Source: Fistulifera solaris (lineage: Eukaryota). From it: DNA of 64,000 bases. This document shows positions 36,358-49,676 of this stretch, one piece after another (position 1 is the stretch's first letter; each line of letters starts with the position of its first letter). Location: positions 186,001 through 250,000 of the forward strand of contig AP026138.1 of the NCBI GenBank assembly GCA_030295235.1, in the 5' to 3' direction. The notes below the pieces were generated by a model. That model ran no database searches. It was not told the origin of the DNA and worked only from the letters and a program-made list of their open reading frames with translations. Position numbers and translations under genes: made by a program.

Positions 36358-37568
36358 AAGAAGAAGAAGAAGAAGAAGAAGAGGAGGAGCAGCCGGCGGT
36401 AGAGGAAGAAGAATCTGAAGAAGAGGAAATTCCAGTTGAAAAGAAAAAGAAAAGACAAAAAGGAGAAGAAAGAAAAAAAGGAGAAGAAGGAAAAGAAGGA
36501 AAAGAAAAGTAAGAAAGACAAGAAGAAAGATGTTGATTCCGACGATGAAGATGATGAAGCGGATGAAGAAGAAACTGTGAACAGAGGTGAAGAGATTGTA
36601 GATACCCTGAAAAAGAAACCCAAGAAAAAGAAAAGAAAAAGGTCAAGACGAAGAAGATAACGGATGTGGACGAAGACGACGATGAGGAAGCCATCAAGAT
36701 GAAGCAAATGATGGCAGGTTGGGACTTGAACGGAGATGATGACGATGACGACGATGATGAAGATGCAAGTGATGACACCAGTGAAGAGAGCGAGCGTGAA
36801 GTCATCCTTGACGACAACGTGCTCGATCACATCGTTCTTGCCGCACCTGACCTCGACGACGCAATCAAGGAGTTCAAGAAAAGAACTGGGACCGAACCAG
36901 TCATTGCTGGAACGATCAAGGGTCTGGGTATCAAGTGTGCACGTGCCTCTTTTAATGATACCAGCTACATCGAGATCATTGCCCCGGATCCAAAAGGACC
37001 GGGTCCCATTGGTGAACTTCTCAAGTCAAAGGCGATCACTGAGCTGACTCCTTTCCACTATGCCATCAGATCATCTAAAACTGAGGCTTTGAAGGATGAA
37101 GTAAGCCAATTTGGTTACACGCCAGACCATATTACTATGTTTGGAGCTAAAGCTGATGGTAGTCCGCGCAAGTGGGAGATGCTGTACTTGTACGGCCACA
37201 AGATGGGCGGTATCTGCCCCTTCTTCATTAACTGGAACAACTCAGACCACCCATGTGCTACGCTCCCGGTTGTGGGCAAATTGAAGAAGTTTACTATTCG
37301 CGCTCCTGAAGGCGATCCTGTACATGAACTACTTGAGCACTCTGGTGTTGACTCTATCAATATCGAGACAGGTAAACCAAAGATTTCTTTTCAATTTAGC
37401 AGTGCGGAAGGAACAGTAAAGTTCTCTGCTAGCAAAGCCGTTGGGTTCAAATTCCCTGGCTTCGAAGACGAGGACGGAGAAGATGTTAGTGATGAAGACA
37501 TCGAATTCGAGTCTCCAGCTGCGCCGGAACTTCTTCCTGTTGGAGATCTCGATGATGATAGCGAATAA
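36021..37568 (+). CDS. Glyoxalase-like (VOC, Glyoxalase_3) domain protein with long acidic and KKE-rich N-terminus; frameshifts in A-runs ~36440-36660
   Basis: LDHIVLAAPDLDDA, SYIEIIAPDP, PFFINW; poly-D/E tracts and KKE repeats in three overlapping frames. Confidence 0.7.
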
Positions 37569-37656
37569 AGTATACGTAATCTTGCCGGTTCTTTAATGAT
37601 ACTATTTTAAAAAAATATTCTATTGAAAAATTTTGCGCCCTTCTCGCAAACCAGTG

Positions 37657-39537
37657 TCAGCGGTTCCACCAAAGCTCATTCGCATCAAGGTCGCGAACGC
37701 TTTCAATGCGCTTCAGGTAGATCTTGCTCTTTCGAACGTGGTTATATGTTGCTTGGCGACTTGGAGGTAGTTCTTCAACCCCAACTTCTTCGAACCCCCG
37801 TTCCAAGAACCATTCCATCGTTTGCGTACTGAGCACGAAGATAGAGGTGCATCCATGCATGACGCACATCCGTTCCAGATAGCCTAGCATGGCATCGCCA
37901 CGCCCACCTTTTCGGTATTCGGAATTCACCACTAAACAGCCTATTTCAGCGTAGCCCTTTTCGAACTTTTTTTAACTGGCCACAGGCCACGATAAGGTTG
38001 TCACGGGTATAAACATAGTACATTTCTATGTCTTTCTCGAGAACGTTTTTGGTCGATCAATAAGTGTGCCCATTTTTATCAGAGGTGAAATCAATTCATA
38101 AATACCGCTCACATCATTCACATTTGCTCTGCGGATACCTTCATAAAGGTCTCCCGAAAGGAGAGTTCCACTTCCGTCTCGCGTGTATAACTCTTGCAAG
38201 ACTGAGCCATATTTGGGAGAAATGATGTGAGCTCGTTTTACCCCGTTCTCGACCGCTTCGACAGACCATCCTATCTTGTGCAGCATGTCAACCGTTGATG
38301 GGTCTTTGCCGTCCATTCGTTCGTTTATCGTCGAGAATCCCTTTTATTAATCGAGAGGCCTGAGTAATTGAGTAAAGCTTTGGCGTCCGAAAACCTCAAA
38401 CTCTGTATCTTTTTGCCATGTACAGTGCTTCTCAGTTCGGTTTCTTTCTCAGTGAAGAAAATGACTTTACTGGCTTTCATTGCCCCAGCAACGGTTGCCG
38501 CCAAACTTTCTGAACACACATTGAAAACTTCCCCGGAAGGACTGACTCCCAAAGTGGTTAGGAGGCAAATGTCACGGTTGTCGTGTAAGCGCTTAATTTT
38601 ATCAACTTCCACTTTCCGCACGAAGCCCGTGTATCTAGAGAAAAAACAACACATAATGAGAATGCCGATGTACAAGCGCAACGAGAATTATCGGTCATAC
38701 GTACTCGTAATCAATCCCATCTAGAATACCTAGCGGTTGCGCGGAGTAGAAGTTACCCGAGACTACATTTCCATCCATTCCCGAGCTCTGAAGTCGCAGT
38801 GCCCGAGCCAATTCGCGCTCCACTTCAAATCGAACGTATCCAGCTTCCTCTTTCACAACTCGAAGTGTGTCTTTGTCGGTTACTCTGACACCGGCCAAAC
38901 GATGTTTTTCGTTCAATCGTTTCTCAATCTGATGTCGGCATCCTACTACCAAGACGACCTTCATACCCAACAACCAAGTCAGGGCGATGTCATTCATGAG
39001 ATTTCGGAAAATTGCCGGGTCTTCTAGATCGAGAAGACCACCGGGGATATGGTAAACGGCGAGAGTATTTCTATGGTTGGCGATATAGTTGGCACTGCCA
39101 CGGAACATGGAAACGAAAGGCAGGTGTCGAAGCTGTTCTGCGACATCGGGGTCGATGGGGTCGGCGGGCGTATGGATAGTGACGATTTCTATTTCGCTGG
39201 GATCAATGGATAACACAGAAGCTAGAACCGATTGATATGCTCTGCTTTCTGTTGCATTCAAACCGTTGAGTGAGTCGGACTGAGCATCTTCGTAAGAAAG
39301 GGGGAAAGCGACACCGCCGGTTGGTCCACTACTTTGACTCGTTTCGTCTTTTTCGAAGCTATTTGTTGTTGATGATAAACGCCCCAGTCTTTCACGACGA
39401 TGAAGCGATAGAGCTCGCGATCGAGGTGTGAATCCATCAACAAAATAGATCCATAAGCATGAGAAATAAAAAAGTCTGAGGAGTCGAACATCCGAACACT
39501 TTCGCGGCGAAGCTAGCGCCCGTCGTCTTTGTGTCAT
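37657..39537 (-). CDS. argA: N-acetylglutamate synthase (ArgA-type: AA-kinase plus GNAT), plastid-targeted, intron ~38636-38700, frameshifts
   Basis: MFRGSANYIANHR, RVTDKDTLRVVKEEAG, SGNFYSAQPLG, ELYTRDGSGT, STQTMEWFLERGF, YNHVRKSKIY; presequence VDG-F; start approximate. Confidence 0.9.
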
Positions 39538-40248
39538 AGGCAGCTGCTTTTGTGGCTTAACCTGTTTTTGAGCAGCGTATTCGCTAGATGTAGTAAGGAG
39601 CTGAGTGAAATAAGTCCTTTGCAAAAGCGCCGAAGCGGAAGTTTGGAACTCCTTTTTTTTGCGGATGCTGCAGTTTGCGAAAGCAATCGCAGATCGCAGC
39701 ACGTTTTCGTAAATGTCGTAACGGGTCCTGCAACTTCCCCGTAGTCCGTAGTGTTCTATGCGTGCCGCAACGACACACTCTGATACCAGGTACTTACAAA
39801 ACAGATATTTACGATCAATCCTACATTATGAGGTACAGTCATTTTGGGAGAGGATACAAAGTAAGGTCCAAGATCGAGACACACGACACACCGCAGCCAT
39901 CGCAGCGGCAGCGTGGATCATTCATCATAGTGTTGAGCTCCAGTACAAAATGTACGTGCCATTTTCGTCCGACGACTTCGACTGGAGGCGCAGCGCGGTA
40001 ACACGGGTTTACGATGAAGTGTTGCATCGACTGTTATTAGCATCAATAATAATCAGCATCGAAACAATTAAGAGATCCCTTCGATATCGCAATAACCCTT
40101 CGTTGCGTCCCTAAGAAAAATCAGGAGCGCTCAAGGTCCCTGTAAAGGAGAGCTGCGGTGGACTCTTTGAAGGGACTTGGGTCTGCTTTCTTTCGTACTC
40201 CGCCTATCATTCTACCTGTTCTTGTTCGTTTGTAGGAAGCATTCAATC

Positions 40249-42154
40249 ATGCCTCGAACTGCTGATTTGAAGAAAAAGCAGTTCGGACAAAACTCTGAAC
40301 AAGCTGGTCGTAAAACCTCCCCCGGTTGTGGGTAGTGGAAGTGGCGTTCAGCGCAATGGGCTGCTTCTGTTGAGCGCCACGAAGAAAGAAGGCGGACTTC
40401 TTTCGACACCGTCCGTTAGCACAAACGCAGGAGCTGCGGCGAAATTGCACGAGTCTACAACCGTATCGACTCATGATGCACTCCTATCAGCTGTAACGGG
40501 GAAGGTAGACAGAGATTCGAAACAGTTAGACGCTTGGGGTGTCGCTGACAAACAAGACATAGAACCACTTGCGCAACCACCAGCACCAGCTCCAGCTCCA
40601 GCAATTCAGGAAGTGAAAGTTACGGAACCCGTTCAGGAGAAATCTACGAATCATAACGAAGCTTCTGGTTTAAACTGGGATGACTATGGTGGGCGTGAGA
40701 CGGACTCTAACAGACAATTGAAGCAAGTCGCGGTGGATGGCGATCTCGATCAACAGGCTTACATGTCAAAGCTAGCCAAGGAACGCGCAGCACGATTAAG
40801 CACCGAGGAATCGATGAGAAAGCGGGAAAATGAATTACGATCGGCGGCGCGGTTGAAGGAGCTAGATGACAGAAAAGAAAAAGAGGCGCCGACTGTAACC
40901 CGCTCTATTTGGGAGCCAAATAGAGGAGATAAATCTTCTAGCGGACAACAAAACCGCCAATCTTCTGATGAGAGTGGAACGGCTTCAATAATGCACGGGC
41001 GGCAGTCTGAGGGCCCAGTCATTCATCTCTCCAGCTATGAAGATCGTGATAGGGGCGAAAGTCAATCATCATCTTGTCCTCGGATGTTGTATGACCCCAA
41101 AAGTGGAAGTATGGTAGCGGTGAAAATTCGAGAAGAGAAAAAGAAGCAACTAGTCCGCAAACCAAAGAAAGATAAGAAGCTTGAAACGAGGGAGGATGTG
41201 AAGCAGCCCCTAAAGGTTAAGAAGGAAACATCCAAGCAGCAAGGGAAAAAGTTTCCGCGCACGTGCGGCGTTCTTTATGAGCGCGATGCAACAGGCCAAA
41301 TACGCTGTGCTGACGGTTGTGAAGGCGATCTGGGCTATGGGGCACATAGTGTACCTGGTGGAAAGGTCAATAATCCAGATGCTTACGTAGAGCTCATGAA
41401 GGCACAGGATGCAGGGAATGGGGCTTTGAACTACAACTCTAGATCGTTGCAATTACTAGGACTGAAAGGTTCCGACATGGCTCTTCAAACAGGATTGATG
41501 GGCACAAATGATGATCATGAATCAAATCTCTTTGCGATGAATTCTTTCGATCTAGTTACAGCTGATGACAAGCTTGAGCTTGTTACCGGGGTTGATGATT
41601 CTCCAACTTTGAAACCGACAGCAAAAGAATGGGCTCCCAGTCAGGCTGCAATAGCTGCTATTGTTGCTTCCAGAAATAAAAATCCAGAGCCCCTGGAAGA
41701 TAGTGATGAAGACGAAGAGGAAGATGAGGGTTATTTGGTCGATGGCTTAGGGAGCGATGGAGACGACGGTCCCGTGGGCCTTGGATTTGATCCAACTCAA
41801 GACATGGACGGACTAATGCGATCTCCTCCTCGTACGGCGGAAGGCACTGACCAATTGGCGGCTGCCGTCGACTTAGAGTCACTAAAGATTGACCCACCCA
41901 TTTTTAGTTTATCATCTCAAGCTGGGCCTCTCTCTGCGCAAAGCAATATTTTTGCCTTTGGGACATCGAGCACATGGGGCACCAAGTCCGGTGATACGAA
42001 TGGCGACGATTGGGCGATGCCTGCGGGTATTAGCGGTGCTGGTGCTGGATTGTTTGGCGGTATGAACGCTTTCACCCAAAACAAAAATGACCCAACTGGT
42101 CAGACGTCACCATTCCTTGGCGGAGGGACATGGACGGCACCAACGCAACGATGA
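40249..42154 (+). CDS. Low-complexity protein with PAM2-like motif (possibly PRRC2/MOS1-like); frameshift near the 5' end
   Basis: 608 aa ORF, extended to ATG 40249 by one frameshift; LKPTAKEWAP at ~41609-41638; charged coiled coil. Confidence 0.6.
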
Positions 42155-42613
42155 TCTGACAACAACTGAGTTACGAGTGTTTACTTCTGAAGTGTTTCGT
42201 TCTTCAAACAGATCCTTATTTTGCGAGAGAATTTGCGGCTAGGCAGATGTTAACAGTTGCCGCCATGGCTGCGCCTAGCATGCTTTCAGACTTAAATCAG
42301 GGCAAGTCTCCAGTACCCTCTGCTCTTATATAATAATATGTTATCCATATGGTAAGCAGCACTGCAGTCGAGGTTGCAAGAATCAAGCGCAAGCCACAAA
42401 GGGTTGATACATAGGACTTAGTTATCGAGTACGACTTCTCATTACAATAATATTAGCTTACCTAGGTTAGTGCTCATAGAGAGAATCGCGTTGAAAGCAA
42501 ATTCAGCACAACGATAGATTCGACGAAAAAGGGCATAAACGAAAGCTCTACGCTACCAGTAGTGCGTGACGCTTTAAAAACATCCATTAAATCAAAGAGC
42601 TTTAGTTATTCGT

Positions 42614-43351
42614 TTACCAGCCTCCGTCGTCTTCAAGCTCACCAACGGATTGACGATAAGCTTCTGCCTGCCAAGCGGCTGCGGTGTCTAATTCATACGG
42701 TTCCGACACCAAAACTTCATCGTATGCGCATTTCGCGAGCTGAATACGGGGTGAAGCACGGCAATCACGGAAAAAGAGGATCTTCATGCAATCTTCGAGA
42801 AGAGCCCGAGCCTCGCCTTCTGTTAGATCGGGTCGCCACTTCTCTCGCAACAAAGGCATCGCCAAGTAAGCTCCGAATCCTGTGGCAATAAAGTTGTCGC
42901 GGACTGTAGTACCGATTTTGTCCACGCTCCCCAAGAACGGCTTTCCTTTCAGATCTTTTCCAGCAACCAACAACTCGTTCCAGAAAGGGTTAAATTTACT
43001 TCGGCGACTGTAAAGAAGCATGCGAAGATAATTCCAAGTATTTTCCGCAGTCATGCCGCTTTCTTCCGTGTACAAAGAGTCCATGACACTTGTAGTAGTC
43101 TCTTCCAAGGCCTTGGCCTTGAGAATTTCCAGGATGCGCTGAAAGTCCGAATATTCACCAGATGCGCCGATTACAGTATTTTCCACGACATGTAGACGAG
43201 GAATGTTTTGCGCCTTTGCCATACTACCATACGAGAGCAACGTATCAGCTGCTAACAGCACACCTTTGTCGTAAACGATCCCCAAAACGGAAGTTCCTGT
43301 TACCATCGGTTGCACCGTGTGTTGACGCGAAGGAACAGCGGCCGGGAGCAT
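42614..43351 (-). CDS. PSMB4: 20S proteasome subunit beta type-4 (beta7)
   Basis: PMVTGTSVLG, AADTLLSYGS, ASGEYSDFQ, RRSKFNPFWN, ATGFGAYLAMPLLR, FFRDCR. Confidence 0.95.
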   Translation of the reverse strand: MLPAAVPSRQHTVQPMVTGTSVLGIVYDKGVLLAADTLLSYGSMAKAQNIPRLHVVENTVIGASGEYSDFQRILEILKAKALEETTTSVMDSLYTEESGMTAENTWNYLRMLLYSRRSKFNPFWNELLVAGKDLKGKPFLGSVDKIGTTVRDNFIATGFGAYLAMPLLREKWRPDLTEGEARALLEDCMKILFFRDCRASPRIQLAKCAYDEVLVSEPYELDTAAAWQAEAYRQSVGELEDDGGW

Positions 43352-46300
43352 TGTAATCAGAAAAAGAAAGGAAAAGAGTCGAATGGTAGAAGATGCGTTA
43401 GCTCGGAGTATCACTTCGTTCAAGAGCAAGAGATCTATTTCGGATATTCGCTTTGTCTTGCTCTTTATTGCGATGTTGTTGCTGTTGCAGCGGAATGCGC
43501 CCGCATCTTTCGGTCGCCTTCACTGAACATCATTGGGACCCATGATGACGATGCATGCGTGACTGAACATGGGAGATGGTGCGACATCATCAACATCGAA
43601 CATCGACGGTTGACGACTCAACTCTAATATTTCCCACTTTAGCTAGACAAGACCTAGACGTCATAATCAATGAAAAACATAAATTAAACGATCATTAACA
43701 CGAAGCGGGTCATACCTGGTATGATCGAAAGAATCCCTGCCTCGCGATAAGCAAGAATGCTTGTGCTGCTGCTACATCAGGACAGGAATACATGGTGAAG
43801 AGATTCAAAAACGATGTGAAGCGGTAGGCCGCATTGTTTAAGCTCAAAGGTTGCTACCACTCCAAAGAGATGGCCGTGCATCGTGTAACCTGGTACTGAC
43901 TGGTATCGGTAGCATCAATTCTGCATTTCACCGATCGGCTCTCCTTCGCCTTCGAAACCTATAGACCATCGAGTCTTTAAAGCTTGTTCGACAGTCGGGA
44001 GAGGAAAGCTGTGATCGGGCCAAACGATATGTTCACCAGTAGCAAACGTACGTAAACGACGGCTCTTCAAAAAAATTCACTCTGCTTGTGTTGTAAGCTT
44101 CAGCAAAAACCGCTCTTACTTAGCTCACCGATCGACTTTACGTTAGGGACAGCCCTAAAATTCCACTGGGACCACATCAGCACTTTTCGACTCTCATTGA
44201 TGAAATTACGATCATTTGCGGGTCAATGCCCTTGATTTTTCGTTAAAGTGCTGGTATGGGGCCCTGTGGAAATTAAAGTCCTGGCCTGGGACATAGGTCC
44301 GCTCACCAATAAATAGGCCAAGTAAACGAAATCCAGGCTTTTTAAGAATAAACTATACCTATCGACAACACTTATTCGCAGCGATCCCAAATATCAATGT
44401 CAAACGAACCACCGAGTAAAATGGTAGCTTATACTCAAACACAAAACATAGAGTGATGCACTTACACCAGAATGAGTAGACACAAGCAGATGATTTCCGC
44501 AATATAAAAAAAACTATGGAGTTTGCGACAGGTTCAATAATGCAATGAAATGCCGCTTCCAGCAAGATAATATTTGCCTTATGACGTACCTTGTGCAAAG
44601 ACTCGCAATCAGAATAAAATGACTCATCTGCCATATGAGCATGGATAATGTATGGAAAGAAGCAACCAAATGTTTCATCGCTCATCTTTCTTCTGATGAT
44701 ATTGCCTACAGTCAAGACAGAGGTTATAGTCTGAGGGCATACTCCACACTCCCAATTCACCTTGATTTAACAATCTTGTCCTAATTGGTTGACTGCCAAC
44801 GACTTATGATGGTGTAGCCATACGAAAGGGCTATAAGCGGCGTATATGGGCTCTCTTCTGCCGGTAGCAAAAAATCATGGACACTTTGACTGCTTATCCT
44901 TCTATAGTAGAAAATTGAATTTATCATTTCTTTGAATTGTAAAAATAACTCAAATAATTGTATACTTAAATCGGCCTATACTTGCTAGCGATAACTAAAA
45001 CGAAAACATTTTTTTAACATAAAAGGCGAAACAATGGGGTAAACGTTACCCACCAGCAAATCGTCAGCAAAGGTTTTGTTTTAACTATCGCATCGGCTTG
45101 ATATGTTTCGACTATATAAAGTCTTCATTTACACGTTTGAAGAAATAGGTGGGTTTTGCTGGTTATGTAATTTTTCGACTAGCACCGATAGCACTTTCAG
45201 ACTTTGACTCAGGGCCCTTTTTTACTTGACAAGATAAACAATTCTAGATGGCTGTTTACCAAACAGTCATCTTCTAGCCTTTACGTTTTTGAGACTTCTT
45301 TTCTTTTTATAATAGCGGGCAATCGACTGGATGAAGTTTTTTCTAGTATCAATCTACACCGAAACCTATGCAAGTGCCCTTTTTAATGATGTCTTGCGCT
45401 TATCTATGCAGAGGAGGACCAACAGATCCCTATTTAGAAAAATTAAGATCGGTCCACTACAATGACTTGGATATGTTACTCGATGATCACCTCACACTTA
45501 TTTTGTACCGAGGATGGATGCTTATTAATCTGTTTTCAGTCACTAAACTCAAGATGTCTATTACTTGCGAAAAACCTGATCTTCGAACGTGTGTGCTTAT
45601 GAAGAAATGGACTCGTAACGAATTCAACCGTGAAGATTTTCAAGAAAACATTTTTTGCTGCTGAAAGTGTCTTCTTTTTGAAAACCGATAGTCTTCATTG
45701 GTTTGACAGTCGTATGGCAGTGAATCCCAATCTCGGACTCAATTTGAATTATGTTGTTCATATTCGCAGCAGTATATCAGGATAAGATCGTGTATTGAAT
45801 GTTTAGCGCAGACTTTCATGTCGAAATTGAGTTAGTTTTAAAATTGATGGTACAAGGTTTCGTTATGATTGATTACAACAACTTGTTGATGTTAGCAATC
45901 TTTTTCGCTTTCTTGTTTTTTTCAGTACAATGCATCTGTCGCTCTAAAAAATTCAGTTACTTTTGTAACAATCGATCAAAAAGTCGCCAAAGTAGCTCTA
46001 AGGTCGTCTTATCTAGTGGTGTTACATTTCATGCCTCATTTCAAGGAGTGTTTCGAATAGAAGTGTTTGTTGCATTTCGTGATTTCAATTTTCATGGAAC
46101 GTTCGATTCATGTTGACCGATGTTGATGTTTGAGGGCGGTATTCGTTGATAATGTTCTGACTAGAGTATACAGGCAATGAGTTATTACTCATTGTACACA
46201 GGTGCTGCCATTGTCGAAGGCTTGTCAGTTTGCCACGGCTCATCTCGTCTATTTTCTATGAAATGGTAGGGAAAGGAGAGACTATCGTTTATTTTTGGCA

Positions 46301-46696
46301 ACCAAGGGTTACAATATGTTTGCCTGAGTTTCTGCAGGGTCGTTCTTAGTCAGTGTGCCAAGGCTTGATTTCGAACAAGGACGAGGGAGCTCCTTCGTTT
46401 AGGCTTCATCGATGAGACTTGCTTTTATGGTCTTTAAGTTTTTTTTAGTGAAGAGACAGCAGCCGCTTTCAAGAGCACATTTTATTCGAAAGTTCCTGTT
46501 CCTTGTTTGCAAAAGTTTCGCAGGAAGTGTTTTTCAAACAAACAAGGACTTTTACTTTATTCTCCCTAGTTTTGGACGCCGCACGCGGCACCCGCACAGA
46601 CAGACAGTTTGCGCACGGAAGGTTCTCACGTTTCGTCGCCTTCGATTTGAAGCGACGCTTTTTTTCCATCTCATTATTTTTCTCATTTCAAGCAAA

Positions 46697-47359
46697 ATGC
46701 AGCTCAAACACAACATATATCTGGTTTGCCTCGTCTTTGGCATTTCAGAAGCATGGCTTCAACAAATTACGTCAAAAAGGCCCTTCGTTGTACGCCGATT
46801 GTCGGACGATTGGTCGTCTTTTCAAGTTGTAGACGACGACGATGAGGATGAAATCGTTTTCGGCCGCAAGCTTGATCGAACCACTTATGCGACAGAAAAC
46901 GATGATTCTGATTTGAAAGCGACTGTAGGTGCTTCATTAAGTGCTCCTTCAATAGAAAGAGACGCTGAACCTATCTTCCTTCCTGCCGGTAAGTGATGTA
47001 GGCACTGCTTCCTTGTTCACGGCGATCTTTGCTCACCGCGTTTATGTCGATGGCTAGGCTCTGAACTGGAGCTTTCGGAGGAGAATGTGCTGGGAGTCCT
47101 CGCCGCCTGTCGACAAGAGGTCGGGACGCTATTTGGGTACACAGCAGAAAATAGGGGCGTCGGTATCACTGGCGGGGTAGATTTGGTTGACCTAGATGGG
47201 CCCACTATTATTCTGAGATTGAAGGGAAGATTTTGGCATGAACGAAAGACAGTATTAGAACGCGTTGCAAACTATTTACAACAGCGAATTCCTGAAATTA
47301 TAGACGTGATTGTGGAGGATCCGTGGCAGTTGACCAATGAAGCTAACGAAGTTTGGTAA
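46697..47359 (+). CDS. Plastid-targeted NifU C-terminal-like (NFU) domain protein, intron 46989-47057
   Basis: Signal peptide ending SEA-W; splicing gives ELSEENVLGVLAACR...GGVDLVDLDGPTIILRLKG...LQQRIPEI. Confidence 0.75.
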
Positions 47360-47497
47360 ACTAGAAAATATGACGTAAAGGTTATGCGTCCGAACAGACC
47401 GGCTACAAAGCAAGCGTTGATTAGCTCCATGCTTTATAATATTATACTAGATATCGTTTTTGATTATCATGCGTTTTCCAGGTCTCGATAGTTTTGG

Positions 47498-49431
47498 TTA
47501 CAAGAGTTCTGACAGACACGACCATAGACCTGCAACTAAAGCTACCACACCGAAGAGGCAAAAGAAAATGGCTTCAAAGAAGTTTGGCCATTCCGGGTGG
47601 ATCTGAATGTCGGGCTCTATTACTATTTCATCATCGACCTGTTTCGTCTTCTGTTTTTGTAGGATTTGTTGACCGATCTGTTGGTTTATCGATATGTTAG
47701 ACGTGGAAAGACCATCGCGATTGAGAGATGGCTTCAGTTGCAGTGATCCCGAGCGCTTCATGTTTCGCAATGACACCGTAGTCGTTTCATCGGTGCGGCG
47801 GTATTCAAAGTCTCCAATACGTAGAGGATGCGGTGACTTCAAAGCTTGGAGATGCATGTGGGCTGAGAGATTGGATTGGCCGAACGAAGCGATTGCACAC
47901 CATACTGGCATCAAGAGAAGATAAGATAGGCACGTTTGCATTGCAACTATGAGAACTGAAGTATTCTCGTCACCGTTTGGATTATCGATCATGTCAACAT
48001 CCTCAGTCTCTATCTTTTGAACATCAAGTAGCGACGTAGTTTCATTAGGCGCACCTTCATTTCCATGTTGCATGGTACTTTTCACAACAAGAGTGTCACT
48101 AAACACAGAATTTCTATACCATGCGCCCAACAGCTTTGATTCTCTGACAAGCTCTTTGAACCGTTCGCCATGCACGGCAAGGTAGACTGCTCCGGGTCCA
48201 AGATACGACAAACAACTGCCTCCAATCGCACCCGTTACGGCAAGGACATTTCCAAGATTTTTGAACAGACAAGCAGGGATTACAGCACTCAAATATAAAG
48301 CTGTCGTCAATCCAATGCGGCGATCGGCACGATTCAATAGTGCCGAGTCTTCATTTCCCTCGTGAGCTCGTCGACCTTGGAAGAAAAGTGCCACGATAAC
48401 GTGCCGGGCTACGAAACTTTCAAGCGGATAAACGCAAAGCTTACCGAGCGAGACTGAGTTAGTCTACTATGTTGAGAAACCGCTCCGGAGAAAGTCGAAA
48501 TACGTACCATTGTGGATCCTAGCATGGCCCGAGCAGCATTTGCTGTAAATGTGCTAGGGAGACTCAGTAGTACATTCCCCTGTATATCTTGACCGTACGC
48601 TAAATAGCCGCTAATACCACACACCAACGCTAATGTTCCGCAAATAATGAGTGAAACAGTAGTAACCGTAGTCCATCGGGCGTGTGTTGGTCTCGAGAAA
48701 CTTCCAGCGATCAAAAAGGCCGAGTGTTGACATACAAATGCGAATGAAAGAACCCCCAGTCCAACAAATAAAGTGCTTGGGTTTATTGCTTTCTCTTCAT
48801 GCAGTTTCAACGGCACATCTTCAAAGGTGATGGGTGCGTTGTAAGCCACAAACGCCACTATAATGGTATCGAATACGACGCTGATGCGACTGGTGAATGC
48901 CAAATTTGCCATATCGCGCTGACAAGACAGTGGTAGGATGATAATTGTAGATATGAGAACGAGTGTTGCTCTCTGTAGTTCGATCGTTTCAATCCCTAGC
49001 AAAGAGGAAGCTGTATCCTTGACGATCATGAGATAAGAAAGCATTGCTCCGTAAGCCATAATAAGCATATTTGCAGCGACGAAAACAAATCCGGCACTTC
49101 CAAAACCTGCCTCTGCGAGAGTCTCGTAACTCCCCGTGTGACAATGCTTTGCTGTAGCGATGAGAATCCGAAGCGATTGCCGTGTAAGGACAGCGCAGAG
49201 TACGATAAGTCCAATACCTGCCGCCCATCCTGCTTGTGAAACAGCGTATGGGATACCCACGATACCAGATCCAACAATTGCGTTGATCATATTTGCGGAA
49301 CAACCCATTAGTGTTGATTTGGCTTCCTTGATTTCGTCATTCTGTAATCCTCCTCCGGTCGTATCGGCTGACCGACCTTCTGAAGGTCTGAAGAAAGGCG
49401 ATTTCTTTTGTTCATTATTTCTGCGACTCAT
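47498..49431 (-). CDS. Amino acid transporter (SLC38/AAAP, SLC38A11-like), intron 48440-48507
   Basis: NAIVGSGIVGIPYA, SFAFVCQH, YPLESFVARH (after splicing), LGNVLAVTGAIGGS. Confidence 0.9.
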
Positions 49432-49676
49432 GACAAGCAGGAAAGATAATAAGGAAACGGTTTGCGAGTGAATGAAGGGTAAAGTTCAGAGGTTCTTATG
49501 AATTATGGCTTTGTCTCTCTAGCAGGAGCGCAATGGTGTCATTGTCGATGCAACCAAGATGCAACTGCACTCGCGCTGTCTGGCCCGTCGTCGGCTTGGA
49601 TCAGTTTTGCTCCTCTCTATAGCGCATTATGGTTAAACGTTATGGATGAATACGGTTTCAAGGTCAACGTTCAACA

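Noticed and set aside
36183..36830. Poly-Phe/Leu and poly-Ser minus-strand ORFs
   Set aside because: Reverse complement of the GAA/GAG acidic tract
44359..44800. Minus-strand NWECGV resembling the TDP1 C-terminus
   Set aside because: No HxK catalytic motifs, multiple stops; a six-residue match is insufficient
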